Origin: an uncultured Arcobacteraceae bacterium | GTDB lineage: Bacteria; Campylobacterota; Campylobacteria; Campylobacterales; Arcobacteraceae | Length of the DNA: 64,000 nt | Assembly: GCA_964022095.1 (NCBI GenBank) | Contig: CAXHZO010000008.1 | Coordinates: 1 to 64,000 of the forward strand | Direction of reading: 5' to 3' | Shown: piece by piece, positions 29,071-38,782 of the stretch | Layout of the letters: each line of letters starts with the position of its first letter | Numbering within the stretch: the stretch's first letter is position 1 | Made by a program: the position numbers and the translations under genes | Notes under the pieces: generated by a model | What the model was told of the DNA's origin: nothing | The model's input: only the letters and a program-made list of their open reading frames with translations | Database searches by the model: none

Positions 29071-29170
29071 AGGTATCTATAACACCAAGTATAGTAAACT
29101 TATATTTGGTGTAAGCAAATAAAAGCTTATTTTTAATCTAAAAAATCAAATACAATTAGGAATAAAATAG

Positions 29171-30052
29171 ATGGTTACATTTTCACAAATTCTATTAAAG
29201 TTACAAGAGTTTTGGGCAAATCAAGGTTGTAATATTGTTCAGCCATATGATATCCCAGCAGGTGCAGGAACATTTCACCCTGCTACTCTTTTAAGAAGTT
29301 TAGATTCAACACCATGGAGTACAGCTTATGTTGCTCCTAGTAGAAGACCAACTGATGGTAGATATGGTGAAAACCCAAATAGATTAGGTGCTTATTACCA
29401 ATTTCAAACACTAATCAAACCAAGTCCAGATAATATTCAAGATTTATATTTACAGTCATTAGAGTTTCTAGGACTAGATTTATCAAAACATGATATTAGA
29501 TTTGTAGAAGATAATTGGGAGTCTCCAACACTTGGTGCCTGGGGACTTGGATGGGAAGTATGGTTAGATGGAATGGAAGTAACTCAATTTACTTACTTCC
29601 AACAAGTTGGTGGCTTACCTTGTGATCCAGTTGCTGTTGAAATTACTTATGGTACTGAAAGACTTGCAATGTATTTACAAGGTGTTGATTCTGTATTTGA
29701 TATTGTTTGGAATGAAAATGCACATGGAACAACAACTTACGCAGATGTTCACAAAGAAGGAGAATATGAATTCTCTAAATATAATTTTGAAATAGCTGAT
29801 ACAGATATGCTATTTAGGCATTTTGATGATGCCTTTAATGAGTGTAAATCATGTTTAGATGCAGGTTTACCATTACCTGCATATGATCAGTGTATGATTG
29901 CTTCTCATGCATTTAATACTTTAGATGCAAGAAAAGCAATATCTGTAACAGAAAGACAAAACTATATTTTAAAAGTTAGAGAGCTTGCTCAAGGTTGTGC
30001 AGTACTTTACAAAGAGCAAGAAGAAGATAGATTAAAAAGAATTGGTAGATAA
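29171..30052 (+). CDS. glyQ: Glycine-tRNA ligase alpha subunit
   Basis: [39 protein letters not shown]. Confidence 0.99.
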   Translation: MVTFSQILLKLQEFWANQGCNIVQPYDIPAGAGTFHPATLLRSLDSTPWSTAYVAPSRRPTDGRYGENPNRLGAYYQFQTLIKPSPDNIQDLYLQSLEFLGLDLSKHDIRFVEDNWESPTLGAWGLGWEVWLDGMEVTQFTYFQQVGGLPCDPVAVEITYGTERLAMYLQGVDSVFDIVWNENAHGTTTYADVHKEGEYEFSKYNFEIADTDMLFRHFDDAFNECKSCLDAGLPLPAYDQCMIASHAFNTLDARKAISVTERQNYILKVRELAQGCAVLYKEQEEDRLKRIGR

Positions 30053-30054
30053 GT

Positions 30055-30810
30055 TTGAAACTTAAAAATATTTACAACTTTTTAAATGAATTATCTCCTT
30101 TTGAATTACAAGAAAAATGGGATAACTCAGGACTTCTTGTTGGTTCATTAGATGATGATATTAAGAATGTATATGTAAGTATTGATTTAGATTTAGATTT
30201 AGTAGAACAAATCAAACCAAATTCATTAATCATTACTCATCATCCATTGATTTTTTCAGGTCTTAAGAGAGTTAATTATGATACTTATGCAACAAAAATT
30301 TTAAAAGAATTAATTAAAAAAGATGTTGCCTTAATCTCAATGCACACAAATATTGATAAAACACATTTAAACAAATATGTTGTTGAAGATATTTTAGGAT
30401 TTGAAGTAAAAAGTCAAGAAGAGTTTATTGCTACTTGTGAAGTAAATATGAATTTTGATGATTTAGTAAAGCATGTATCTAATAAATTAGATTTAAAAAC
30501 AACAAAAGCTGTTAAGTGCGATGACTTTATAAAAGATATTGCAGTTGTAACTGGTTCAGCTATGTCTTTACTTGATGAAGTTAAAGCTGATTGTTTTTTA
30601 ACTGGAGATATTAAATATCATGATGCAATGGAAGCAAAAGCTAGAGGTGTGTCTTTAATTGATATAAGACATTACGAGAGTGAAAGACACTTTAATACCC
30701 TATTAGAGGGAGTTCTTTCAGAATATTTGAAAAAAAATGAATTAAAAGCTATAATAACAGCTTCAAAAAATCCATTTGAGTTTTTTAAAAGAGGAGAAAC
30801 GGTTGAATAA
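30055..30810 (+). CDS. Nif3-like (YbgI) dinuclear metal protein
   Basis: WDNSGLLVG, ITHHPLIF, HTNID, TGDIKYH, HYESE. Confidence 0.95.
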   Translation: MKLKNIYNFLNELSPFELQEKWDNSGLLVGSLDDDIKNVYVSIDLDLDLVEQIKPNSLIITHHPLIFSGLKRVNYDTYATKILKELIKKDVALISMHTNIDKTHLNKYVVEDILGFEVKSQEEFIATCEVNMNFDDLVKHVSNKLDLKTTKAVKCDDFIKDIAVVTGSAMSLLDEVKADCFLTGDIKYHDAMEAKARGVSLIDIRHYESERHFNTLLEGVLSEYLKKNELKAIITASKNPFEFFKRGETVE

Positions 30811-31522
30811 GTATTTACAGGATTTAATCAAATTATCGAAATTTGATACAGCTATTAGTATGTTCGAGCCAAAGATTGAGAATGAAAAGGCAAAACTAGC
30901 AACATTTGTGGAAACAGCAGAAGCAATTAAAACATCAATTAATGATAGTTATTTAGAGATTGATGATATTAAATCTAAAAGAACAAAAAACAATATTCAC
31001 TTAGCAGAATTAAAATCTAAGTTAGATGATATTGCAAAAAAGAACAACGATGTTCAAAATGAAAAAGAGTTAAAAGCTTTACAATTAGAAGAGGAAATTG
31101 CAAAAGAACAAATTGCATTTGCTAATGAAGAGATTGATAGATTAGATACTTTATCAACTGCTAAAGAAGAAAACTTAAAAGAGTTACAAGACAAATTGTC
31201 AGCAGAAGAAGAAGAGATTAAAGATATTCAAATTGCTGTAGATAATGTAATTGAAGAGATTAATAAAGATAGAAATGTTGTTTATCAAGATAGAAGTGAA
31301 TTACTAGAAAAATTTGATAATAAAATTTTAACATTCTATGAAAAAATTAAAAGATGGGCAAAAGAATCAGCTGTAGTTCCTGTTAAAAAACAAGCATGTT
31401 ATGGATGTTTTATGAAAATTAATGATAAAACATATGCAGAAGTAATTAAATCAGAAGAGATTATTAACTGTCCACATTGTGGAAGAATTCTTTATAAAGA
31501 AGAAGAGACTGAAGAGGCTTAA
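30803..31522 (+). CDS. Coiled-coil plus C4 zinc-ribbon protein (DUF164, HP0958-like; likely TTG at 30803)
   Basis: Long coiled coil, ACYGCFM...CPHCGRILY; AGGAG RBS; Nif3-zinc ribbon-waaA order. Confidence 0.9.
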   Translation: MNKYLQDLIKLSKFDTAISMFEPKIENEKAKLATFVETAEAIKTSINDSYLEIDDIKSKRTKNNIHLAELKSKLDDIAKKNNDVQNEKELKALQLEEEIAKEQIAFANEEIDRLDTLSTAKEENLKELQDKLSAEEEEIKDIQIAVDNVIEEINKDRNVVYQDRSELLEKFDNKILTFYEKIKRWAKESAVVPVKKQACYGCFMKINDKTYAEVIKSEEIINCPHCGRILYKEEETEEA

Positions 31523-31523
31523 T

Positions 31524-32672
31524 TTGAGCCTTTTTAGTATAATTTACTACTTACTTTTAAGTATAGTTTATATACTTGCACTTCCCTATTTAATATTTAA
31601 ATCAAAAAAACCAAAATATAAAGATGCAATTCCAGCAAAATTTTTCTTAAAAAATAATGATAAATTTTCTAGTGATGGAGTTTGGTTTCATTCTTGTTCT
31701 ATGGGTGAGACAAAAACAATTAAACCATTAGTGCAAGCTTTTGAAGATAGCAAAGTATCTGTTATTACAAATACTGGTTTTGAAGAAGCAAATAAGTTTT
31801 GTAAGGAAGTTAGATATTTGCCTTTTGAGATTTTTTTACCGTTTTGGGTAAAGAAACAAAAAGTATTAGTAGTTATGGAAGCAGAGCTTTGGTATATGCT
31901 TTTTTTATGTGCGAAGTCAAAAGGTGCAAAGACTTTATTAATAAATGCAAGAATTTCTGATAAGTCATATAAATCTTATCAAAAATTTTCGTTTTTGTAT
32001 AAAAGAATTTTTAAAAATATTGATAAAGTCTTTGCTCAAAGTGAAGTTGATAAAAAAAGATTAGAAGAACTTGGTGCAAAAAATATTGAAGTTATAGGTA
32101 ATATAAAATTAGCACAACTTCCAAAAACAAGTTTAGGCTTATCAAAACTTAATCAAACAGTTATTTGTGCAGCTAGTACACATAAAAATGAAGAAGAGTT
32201 AATATTAAAATCATTTGATAAGTCATTTGGGAAACTACTTATAGTCCCAAGACATCCTGAAAGATTTGAAGAAGTAGATTTATTAATAAGAGAGTTTATA
32301 AAACATAAAGATCTGTCTTATCATAAATATACCTCCCAAGAAGATTTTAATTCTGATATAATTCTTATTGATAAAATGGGAATATTAAATGATATATATT
32401 CTATAAGTGATGTTGTAATCTTAGGTGGTGCATTTGAAAAAATAGGTGGTCACAATCCAGTTGAACCAGCTTATTTTGGATGTAAAATTATTAGTGGTAA
32501 AAATATTTTCAATCAATACTCTTTATTTGAGTGCATTGAAAATTACTATTTAATTGAAGATAGTGAATTAAAACAATATTTAGAAAAAAAAGATGAATTA
32601 AATAAACCAGTTTTACAAAAAACAGGTTCATTTGATCCAATAATAAAGGAAATAAAAAATGGCAGAATATGA
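31524..32672 (+). CDS. waaA: Kdo transferase (likely TTG at 31524)
   Basis: WFHSCSMGE, EAELW, INARISDKS, PRHPERF, GGHNPVEPA. Confidence 0.96.
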   Translation: MSLFSIIYYLLLSIVYILALPYLIFKSKKPKYKDAIPAKFFLKNNDKFSSDGVWFHSCSMGETKTIKPLVQAFEDSKVSVITNTGFEEANKFCKEVRYLPFEIFLPFWVKKQKVLVVMEAELWYMLFLCAKSKGAKTLLINARISDKSYKSYQKFSFLYKRIFKNIDKVFAQSEVDKKRLEELGAKNIEVIGNIKLAQLPKTSLGLSKLNQTVICAASTHKNEEELILKSFDKSFGKLLIVPRHPERFEEVDLLIREFIKHKDLSYHKYTSQEDFNSDIILIDKMGILNDIYSISDVVILGGAFEKIGGHNPVEPAYFGCKIISGKNIFNQYSLFECIENYYLIEDSELKQYLEKKDELNKPVLQKTGSFDPIIKEIKNGRI

Positions 32673-33411
32673 TAAAGCGTACAAACTTTTAGCAAAACAA
32701 GAAAATATTTCTAACTCAAAAGCAAAAGATCTAATTGATAAAGGATTAGTTAGAGTTGGTACTAAAAAAGTGATGATTGCAAGAGGCGAAATTAAAAGTG
32801 ATACTAGATTTAGTGTTAAAGAAGTAGCTAAAGTAAAAGTTATATTTGAAGATGATAATATTTTAGCAGTAGATAAACCAGCTTTTCTAACAGCAGATGA
32901 AATTGCTAGAAAGTTCCCAAAAGCTATATTACTAAATAGACTTGATAAAGAAACAAGTGGTGTTATGCTATTTGCAAAAAATGAAGAGTTTCAAAAAAGA
33001 GCAATAAAAGAGTTCAGTAATCATAGAGTTTACAAAGAGTATGTAGCTGTAGTAGAAGGTAAGGTTATTGAAGAAATTGAAATAGATAAACCAATTTTAA
33101 CAACAAAAGATAGAGGTAGTGCAAAATCAAAAATTGATGTGAAAAAAGGTAAGTCTGCAAAATCTACAGTATATCCAATGCTAGTAGAGGGAAATAAATC
33201 AAAAGTAAAAGTAGTAATTGAAAGTGGTAGAACACATCAAATTAGAGTTCATTTAAACTCAGTTGGTTTACCAATTATTGGTGATGCTTTATATGGAAAA
33301 CCAGCATCTAACATAAATAGAGTTTTATTACACTCAAAAGTTACTAAAATATTTGATTATGAGTTCGAGGCTAAAGAGCCTAGAGAATTTAGAGTGTATG
33401 AATTTAATTAA
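32659..33411 (+). CDS. RluA-family pseudouridine synthase with S4-like N-terminus
   Basis: AVDKP, NRLDKETSG, GRTHQIRVH, IIGDALYG. Confidence 0.94.
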   Translation: MAEYDKAYKLLAKQENISNSKAKDLIDKGLVRVGTKKVMIARGEIKSDTRFSVKEVAKVKVIFEDDNILAVDKPAFLTADEIARKFPKAILLNRLDKETSGVMLFAKNEEFQKRAIKEFSNHRVYKEYVAVVEGKVIEEIEIDKPILTTKDRGSAKSKIDVKKGKSAKSTVYPMLVEGNKSKVKVVIESGRTHQIRVHLNSVGLPIIGDALYGKPASNINRVLLHSKVTKIFDYEFEAKEPREFRVYEFN

Positions 33412-33565
33412 AATTTAAGCATATTTAAAAAGAGGTTTCCCTTAAAATGGTAAACCTTGAAAAAACAAAACTAAAAAAAAACTTAATTTAGCTCTTTTAC
33501 TTAATCTATATCAAAGGTATAGTTAAGTAAAATCTCAAACTTTAAAAAATTGTGGAGAAGATATT

Positions 33566-34918
33566 TTGTTTGATTCAATAACCGGTTCGATAAAAAATGC
33601 TGTTAATAAAATAAGACATAAAGATGATGCTGCATCACTTAAGAAAGCTATTACAGAATTAAAAAAATCATTATTAAAAGCAGATGTTCATCATAAAACT
33701 ACAAAAGAATTAATTACTAATGTAGAGCTTGAAACAAAAAGAATTGGCATAGGTCAAGATGCTTTTTTAAATGCTTTAAAGACTGAATTAACAAAACTTT
33801 TAACTACTGAAGGTAATCAAGGTTTTGTATTCTCACCAACTCCTCCAACTACAATTTTAATGACAGGACTTCAAGGTTCTGGTAAAACAACAACTACTGG
33901 TAAATTAGCTAACTACTTAAAAACAAGAAAGAAAAAAGTTTTAGTAGCAGCATGTGATTTACAAAGATTAGCAGCGGTTGAGCAATTAAAACAAATTGCT
34001 GAACAAATTGAAGTAGATATTTACTTTGATGATAATGAAAAAGATCCAATTAAAATAGCTCTTGCAGCTCAAGAAAAAGCTAAAAAAGATTTATATGATG
34101 TTCTTTTAATAGATACAGCTGGTAGGCTTGCAATTGATGAAGAGTTAATGGCTCAATTAAAAGATGTTAAAGATGCCGTAGCTCCTGATGAGATTTTCTA
34201 TGTTGCTGATTCTTTAACAGGACATGATGCTACAAAAACTGCTACTTCATTTAAAGAGCAAATTGGAATTGATGGTGTTGTTCTTTCAAAATATGATGGT
34301 GACACTAAAGGTGGGGTTGCATTGTCAATTTCTCATCAAGTAGGGGTTCCATTAAGATTTATTGGTATTGGTGAAAAAATGCCAGATATTGAAGTGTTTA
34401 TTCCTGATAGAATCGTATCAAGACTGTTAGGTCTTGGAGATATTGAAGGACTTGCAGAAAGAACTTCAGCAGTAATTGATGAGAAAAAAGCAAAAGAAGT
34501 TACTAAGAAGATTAAAAAAGGTGAATTTAACTTTAATGACTTCTTAGAACAATTAGCAATGATGAGTAAATTAGGTTCTATGAAATCTATTATTGGAATG
34601 ATTCCAGGCCTTTCACAAATGGCTGGACCATTAAAAGATATGGACTTTGAAAATTCTGATGAGATTAAAAGAATTAAAGCTTTAATTGGTTCAATGACTC
34701 CAAAAGAGAGAGAAACTCCAAGTTTGATGAATCCTTCAAGAAAGAAAAGACTTGCAAAAGGTTCTGGTCTTTCAGAAGTTCAAGTAAACAAAATTTTAAA
34801 GCAGTTTAAAAATGCTTCAAAAATGGCTAAAAAACTTTCAGGCAAGGGTGGAATGAAAGGTTTACAAAATATGATGTCTCAAATGGGACCTGGTGGGATG
34901 CCAAAAATCCCTAGATAA
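33566..34918 (+). CDS. ffh: Signal recognition particle protein Ffh
   Basis: GLQGSGKTT, DTAGR, Met-rich M domain. Confidence 0.98.
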   Translation: MFDSITGSIKNAVNKIRHKDDAASLKKAITELKKSLLKADVHHKTTKELITNVELETKRIGIGQDAFLNALKTELTKLLTTEGNQGFVFSPTPPTTILMTGLQGSGKTTTTGKLANYLKTRKKKVLVAACDLQRLAAVEQLKQIAEQIEVDIYFDDNEKDPIKIALAAQEKAKKDLYDVLLIDTAGRLAIDEELMAQLKDVKDAVAPDEIFYVADSLTGHDATKTATSFKEQIGIDGVVLSKYDGDTKGGVALSISHQVGVPLRFIGIGEKMPDIEVFIPDRIVSRLLGLGDIEGLAERTSAVIDEKKAKEVTKKIKKGEFNFNDFLEQLAMMSKLGSMKSIIGMIPGLSQMAGPLKDMDFENSDEIKRIKALIGSMTPKERETPSLMNPSRKKRLAKGSGLSEVQVNKILKQFKNASKMAKKLSGKGGMKGLQNMMSQMGPGGMPKIPR

Positions 34919-35003
34919 ATAAAAATCAAATAGTATTGAGTTGTGAACTTATTTTTAATGAGTTTAGAATTCAATACTATAAACAAAACAAAGGAAAGAA
35001 AGT

Positions 35004-35231
35004 ATGACAGTAATTAGATTAACAAGAATGGGTAGAAACAAGAAACCATTTTACAGAATCGTTGTAACAGATTCAAGAAAAAGAAGAGATTCAGGTTGGA
35101 TTGAATCAATTGGTTACTACAACCCAGTAGTTGAGCCAAAAGTATTAAAATTAGACGAAGAAAGATATAACTATTGGATAGGTGTTGGTGCTAAACCATC
35201 TGAAAAAGTTAAAAAATTAGCTTCTAAATAA
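35004..35231 (+). CDS. rpsP: 30S ribosomal protein S16
   Basis: [19 protein letters not shown]. Confidence 0.99.
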   Translation: MTVIRLTRMGRNKKPFYRIVVTDSRKRRDSGWIESIGYYNPVVEPKVLKLDEERYNYWIGVGAKPSEKVKKLASK

Positions 35232-35245
35232 TTATAGAAAAAAAA

Positions 35246-35485
35246 ATGGTTACTAAATTTATTGAGAACTATGCAAAATTAATTGTTAGTGTTCCTGAAG
35301 ATGTAGAAGTTACTAAAGAGCTTATTGATGAGAATTTTGCACAAATTACTATCAAAGTTAATAGCGTTGATATAGGTAAGTTAATTGGTAAAAATGGAAA
35401 TATGATTAATGCTTTAAAAACTATGGCAAATGGTTGTAAAGCTAAAGATGGTATTTCTTATAAAATTCAGGTTATCACAGACTAA
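35246..35485 (+). CDS. khpA: KH-domain RNA-binding protein (KhpA/YlqC)
   Basis: DIGKLIGKNG GxxG loop; between rpsP and rimM. Confidence 0.9.
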   Translation: MVTKFIENYAKLIVSVPEDVEVTKELIDENFAQITIKVNSVDIGKLIGKNGNMINALKTMANGCKAKDGISYKIQVITD

Positions 35486-35488
35486 TTT

Positions 35489-36022
35489 ATGAAACAAGAT
35501 AATATTTATGTAGCTAAATTAGGGAAAGCTGTTGGCTTAAAAGGTCATTTAAGACTTTTTATAGACTCAGACTTCCCTGAACAGTTCAAGGCTGGTGCAA
35601 GCTTTGAAACTAACAGGAAACTTCAATTAAAAATCAAAGAGTATAATTCAACAAGGGAATTAGTTTTATTTGAAAACTATGAAGATGTTGAAACTGCAAA
35701 AAAACTTACTAATCAACAACTTTTTGTAACACAAGAGCAAACTAGAGATAATTGCCAATTAGAAGAGAATGAATTCTTTTGGTTTGATTTAATGGATTGT
35801 GATGTTTATGAAAATGATTTAAAGCTTGGTAAAGTAAATGATATCCATAGATATCCTATTGATGATTATTTAGAGATTAAAACCTCTCAAGAACTTGTTG
35901 ATAAAGAACTTCCAGCAGTATTTTTACTACCTCACATATTTGATAGATATATTTTAAATGTTGATATCACATCAAAAAGAATAGATGTTAAAGATGCATA
36001 TGAAATATTAGAAAACTCATAG
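35489..36022 (+). CDS. rimM: Ribosome maturation factor RimM
   Basis: GKAVGLKG, EFFWFDL, PRC-barrel-like C-terminus. Confidence 0.95.
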   Translation: MKQDNIYVAKLGKAVGLKGHLRLFIDSDFPEQFKAGASFETNRKLQLKIKEYNSTRELVLFENYEDVETAKKLTNQQLFVTQEQTRDNCQLEENEFFWFDLMDCDVYENDLKLGKVNDIHRYPIDDYLEIKTSQELVDKELPAVFLLPHIFDRYILNVDITSKRIDVKDAYEILENS

Positions 36023-36026
36023 TTTT

Positions 36027-37001
36027 CTAATAATTACATCTTTTATTGAATTCTTCTTTTGTTAATTCTAATGAATAACTTTGTTTAAATTTATTTTTTA
36101 ACAAAGTGTTTAATAACTCATCTCTAGTTTTATTTGACTCAAAAGGTCCATAATAAATTTCTATTCTATTTTTATCATCTCTACATAATTTTACATCAGA
36201 ATTTATTTTTGTAATTTTATCAAGGTACTCTTTGTAAAGCTCACCTTTTATTTTTGCTACATTTATAAGTTTTAAGAAACTATTATCTTTAGGCTTCTCT
36301 TCTTTTATTGAAACTTGAGTTTGCTCTTGTGTTTCATTTTTAGTTTTTGATTCTTTCTTAGGCGTATTCTCAATGTTGTTTTTTACACTAACCATTTCTT
36401 CTTTTAGATTTATAGCTTCTTGCTTTAATCTTTCAAGTTCAAGTTTTTGATTCTCTAACTCAGCTTTTTTAGCTTCTAAAACTTCTTTTTCTTTTAATAG
36501 TGCTTCTTGTTCTTTCTTTAATTCTTCTTGTTCTTTTCTCTTTTTTTCTTCAAGAATTTTTTTCTCATTATCAATTTTTTCTTGTTCTTCAATTTTTTCT
36601 TGATTCATGTTTTTATTTGTAAGATTTGATAGCTGTTCATTAAGTTTTGTAGAGTTAATTTTAGTTAAATCAAATTTTACTTTTTTTTCTTCAACTTTTT
36701 TAGTTACTTTTTCAGTTTCAGGTTTTGCTACAGGTTCAGGTTCAAAAAAGCCAACAAAATATAAAACAGCACCTACAATAAGTATTAAGAGTAAAAAGGC
36801 AACTAAACCAATAAGTATTTTACTTAATAAAGATTTTTGTTTTTTTTCTTCAACTACAGGTTCTTTGTTTGACTCTTCATTGTTGTCATTTTCCTCATTT
36901 TGAGTCTCTTGTTCTTCTGTCGTAGTTGATTCATTTGTTTCTTGTGATTCTTCTTGTGTTATCTCTTCAGAATTTTCTTTTGTTTCTTCAGCCATTTTCA
37001 C
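36027..37001 (-). CDS. Bitopic membrane protein: acidic N-terminus, TM, coiled coil, SPOR-like C-terminus
   Basis: ILIGLVAFLLLILIVGAVLYFVGFF TM; IEIYYGPF resembles the SPOR V.VGPF motif; downstream of flgG. Confidence 0.7.
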   Translation of the reverse strand: MKMAEETKENSEEITQEESQETNESTTTEEQETQNEENDNNEESNKEPVVEEKKQKSLLSKILIGLVAFLLLILIVGAVLYFVGFFEPEPVAKPETEKVTKKVEEKKVKFDLTKINSTKLNEQLSNLTNKNMNQEKIEEQEKIDNEKKILEEKKRKEQEELKKEQEALLKEKEVLEAKKAELENQKLELERLKQEAINLKEEMVSVKNNIENTPKKESKTKNETQEQTQVSIKEEKPKDNSFLKLINVAKIKGELYKEYLDKITKINSDVKLCRDDKNRIEIYYGPFESNKTRDELLNTLLKNKFKQSYSLELTKEEFNKRCNY

Positions 37002-37422
37002 TCTTTTGTAGTTTTCTTTTTTCTCTTTGCTTTTCTAGTATCTTCTCTTTATTTTTTTTGTAATATTCTCTTCGATACTCTTTTAATTGTTCTTTTTTCT
37101 TTTCACGATACTCTTTGTCATATTCTAATCTTTTGTCTTTATTCTCTTTATAATACTCTTTTTTCCTATTTTTATATTCATTCATTTTTTCTAAAATTAA
37201 CTCTTTTCTTGAGTCAACATGTTCTTTTTGAGCTTTTGCAATCTCTTTTATTTTTCTAGAGAAATTTATGTCGTTTAGATCTTTTGCATAATCTATCTCT
37301 TCTCTTTTAGGTTTTTGAGTTGTTTTTTTTCGAGCTTTACTTTTTAAATAGTATTCTCTTTTTTTCTTCTTATGGGAAGCAAGTCTCTCTTCCCTTAGTT
37401 TTTTTAATTCCTCTAAATCCAT
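36988..37422 (-). CDS. Highly charged K/R/E/Y-repeat hypothetical protein
   Basis: 144 aa with repeated (K/R)EY(Y/R) units; between flgG and the 324-aa gene, overlapping the latter. Confidence 0.72.
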   Translation of the reverse strand: MDLEELKKLREERLASHKKKKREYYLKSKARKKTTQKPKREEIDYAKDLNDINFSRKIKEIAKAQKEHVDSRKELILEKMNEYKNRKKEYYKENKDKRLEYDKEYREKKKEQLKEYRREYYKKNKEKILEKQREKRKLQKSENG

Positions 37423-37445
37423 AAACTCTATTTAAATAAACTTAT

Positions 37446-38234
37446 TTAGTTTTTCAGTCTATTAACAGTATCAAGCATACTATCAGTAGTTGTAATTGCT
37501 TTTGAATTCGCTTCATAAGCTCTTTGTGCCGTAATTAAATCAACCATTTCATTTACAAGTTTTACATTTGATGATTCAATCATCCCTTGTTGTAAAGAAC
37601 CAAATTGTGCTTCAGATGGTACACCTTCTTGTACTGCACCAGATGCTTCACTCTCCATAAACATTGATTCTCCCATTGGGATTAATCCAGCAGGATTTAT
37701 AAAATCAGCAATTAAAATTTGCCCCAGGTTTACACTTGTACCATTTGCAGGGTCAGTTGCGCTTACTGTTCCATCATTTGCAATAGATATATCTGTAACA
37801 TTATCTGGAATTACAATTTCTGGATTTAGTGCATATCCATTACCATTTACCATTGTCCCTTCTGAGTTAACTTTAAAAGAACCATTTCTTGTATACCCAG
37901 TTTCACCACTTGGTAGTGTGATTTGAAAAAAGCCATCACCTTGGATAGCTATATCTAATGGATTTGATGTTAATGTTAAATCACCTTCTGTGAAGTTTTT
38001 TTGAATACCTGATATTCTTACACCAAGTCCCACATCAATACCTGTAGGATTAACTGTTGTTTGAGAAGTTCTTCCTGCTGTGTAGTTTAATGTTTCATAC
38101 ATTAAGTCTTGAAACTCAGCTCTATCTTGTTTAAAACCATTAGTGTTAACATTTGCAATGTTATTTGATGTTACGTCAATCTTATGTTGCATAGAATTCA
38201 TACCAGTTGCAGCAGTGTATAATCCTCTAATCAT
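37446..38234 (-). CDS. flgG: Flagellar distal rod protein FlgG
   Basis: LYTAATGM, SNNIANVNT.GFK, AEFQDLMY, YTRNG, QRAYEANSK. Confidence 0.96.
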   Translation of the reverse strand: MIRGLYTAATGMNSMQHKIDVTSNNIANVNTNGFKQDRAEFQDLMYETLNYTAGRTSQTTVNPTGIDVGLGVRISGIQKNFTEGDLTLTSNPLDIAIQGDGFFQITLPSGETGYTRNGSFKVNSEGTMVNGNGYALNPEIVIPDNVTDISIANDGTVSATDPANGTSVNLGQILIADFINPAGLIPMGESMFMESEASGAVQEGVPSEAQFGSLQQGMIESSNVKLVNEMVDLITAQRAYEANSKAITTTDSMLDTVNRLKN

Positions 38235-38392
38235 AAATATCCTTTAGAATTACATATTTAATTATTATATTTCAAGAACAATTAAAGTTAGATAAATTTA
38301 GTTGATTATTTTTCTTAATATTAAGTATAAATTTAAAACAAATTATATATAATGCATAATATTTGATTAATTTTTGTAAAAAGGGTGTACAT

Positions 38393-38761
38393 ATGAAAAT
38401 ATTGATAGTTGATGATAGTTCTACCATGAGAAGAATAATTGGTAACGTTGTTATGCAATTAGGTTTTAGCAAAGATGACTTTGATGAAGCAGAAGATGGC
38501 GTAAAAGCGTGGAAATTACTAAGTGACTCACAATATGACATTGTTTTAACAGACTGGAATATGCCAAATATGAATGGTTTAGAGCTTGTTAAAAAAATTA
38601 GAGGTGAGGGAAATCATCAAAAAACGCCAATAATTATGATTACAACTGAAGGTGGAAAAGGTGAAGTTATTACTGCATTAAAAGCTGGAGTAAATAATTA
38701 CATTGTAAAACCGTTCAGTGCAGAAGTTTTAAAAGAGAAACTTGATGGAGTATTAAAATAA
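38393..38761 (+). CDS. cheY: Chemotaxis response regulator CheY (ATG at 38393)
   Basis: LIVDDSSTMRRI, TDWNMP, YIVKPF. Confidence 0.95.
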   Translation: MKILIVDDSSTMRRIIGNVVMQLGFSKDDFDEAEDGVKAWKLLSDSQYDIVLTDWNMPNMNGLELVKKIRGEGNHQKTPIIMITTEGGKGEVITALKAGVNNYIVKPFSAEVLKEKLDGVLK

Positions 38762-38782
38762 TAAGTTAAATAAGGCATTGTC

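Noticed and set aside
29071-29170. T-box or glycine riboswitch before glyQ
   Set aside because: Only 100 nt, with no T-box sequence or aptamer motifs; simple hairpins only
30055-33411. Nif3, zinc ribbon, waaA and RluA genes as a novel system
   Set aside because: Housekeeping genes in an order familiar from other Campylobacterota
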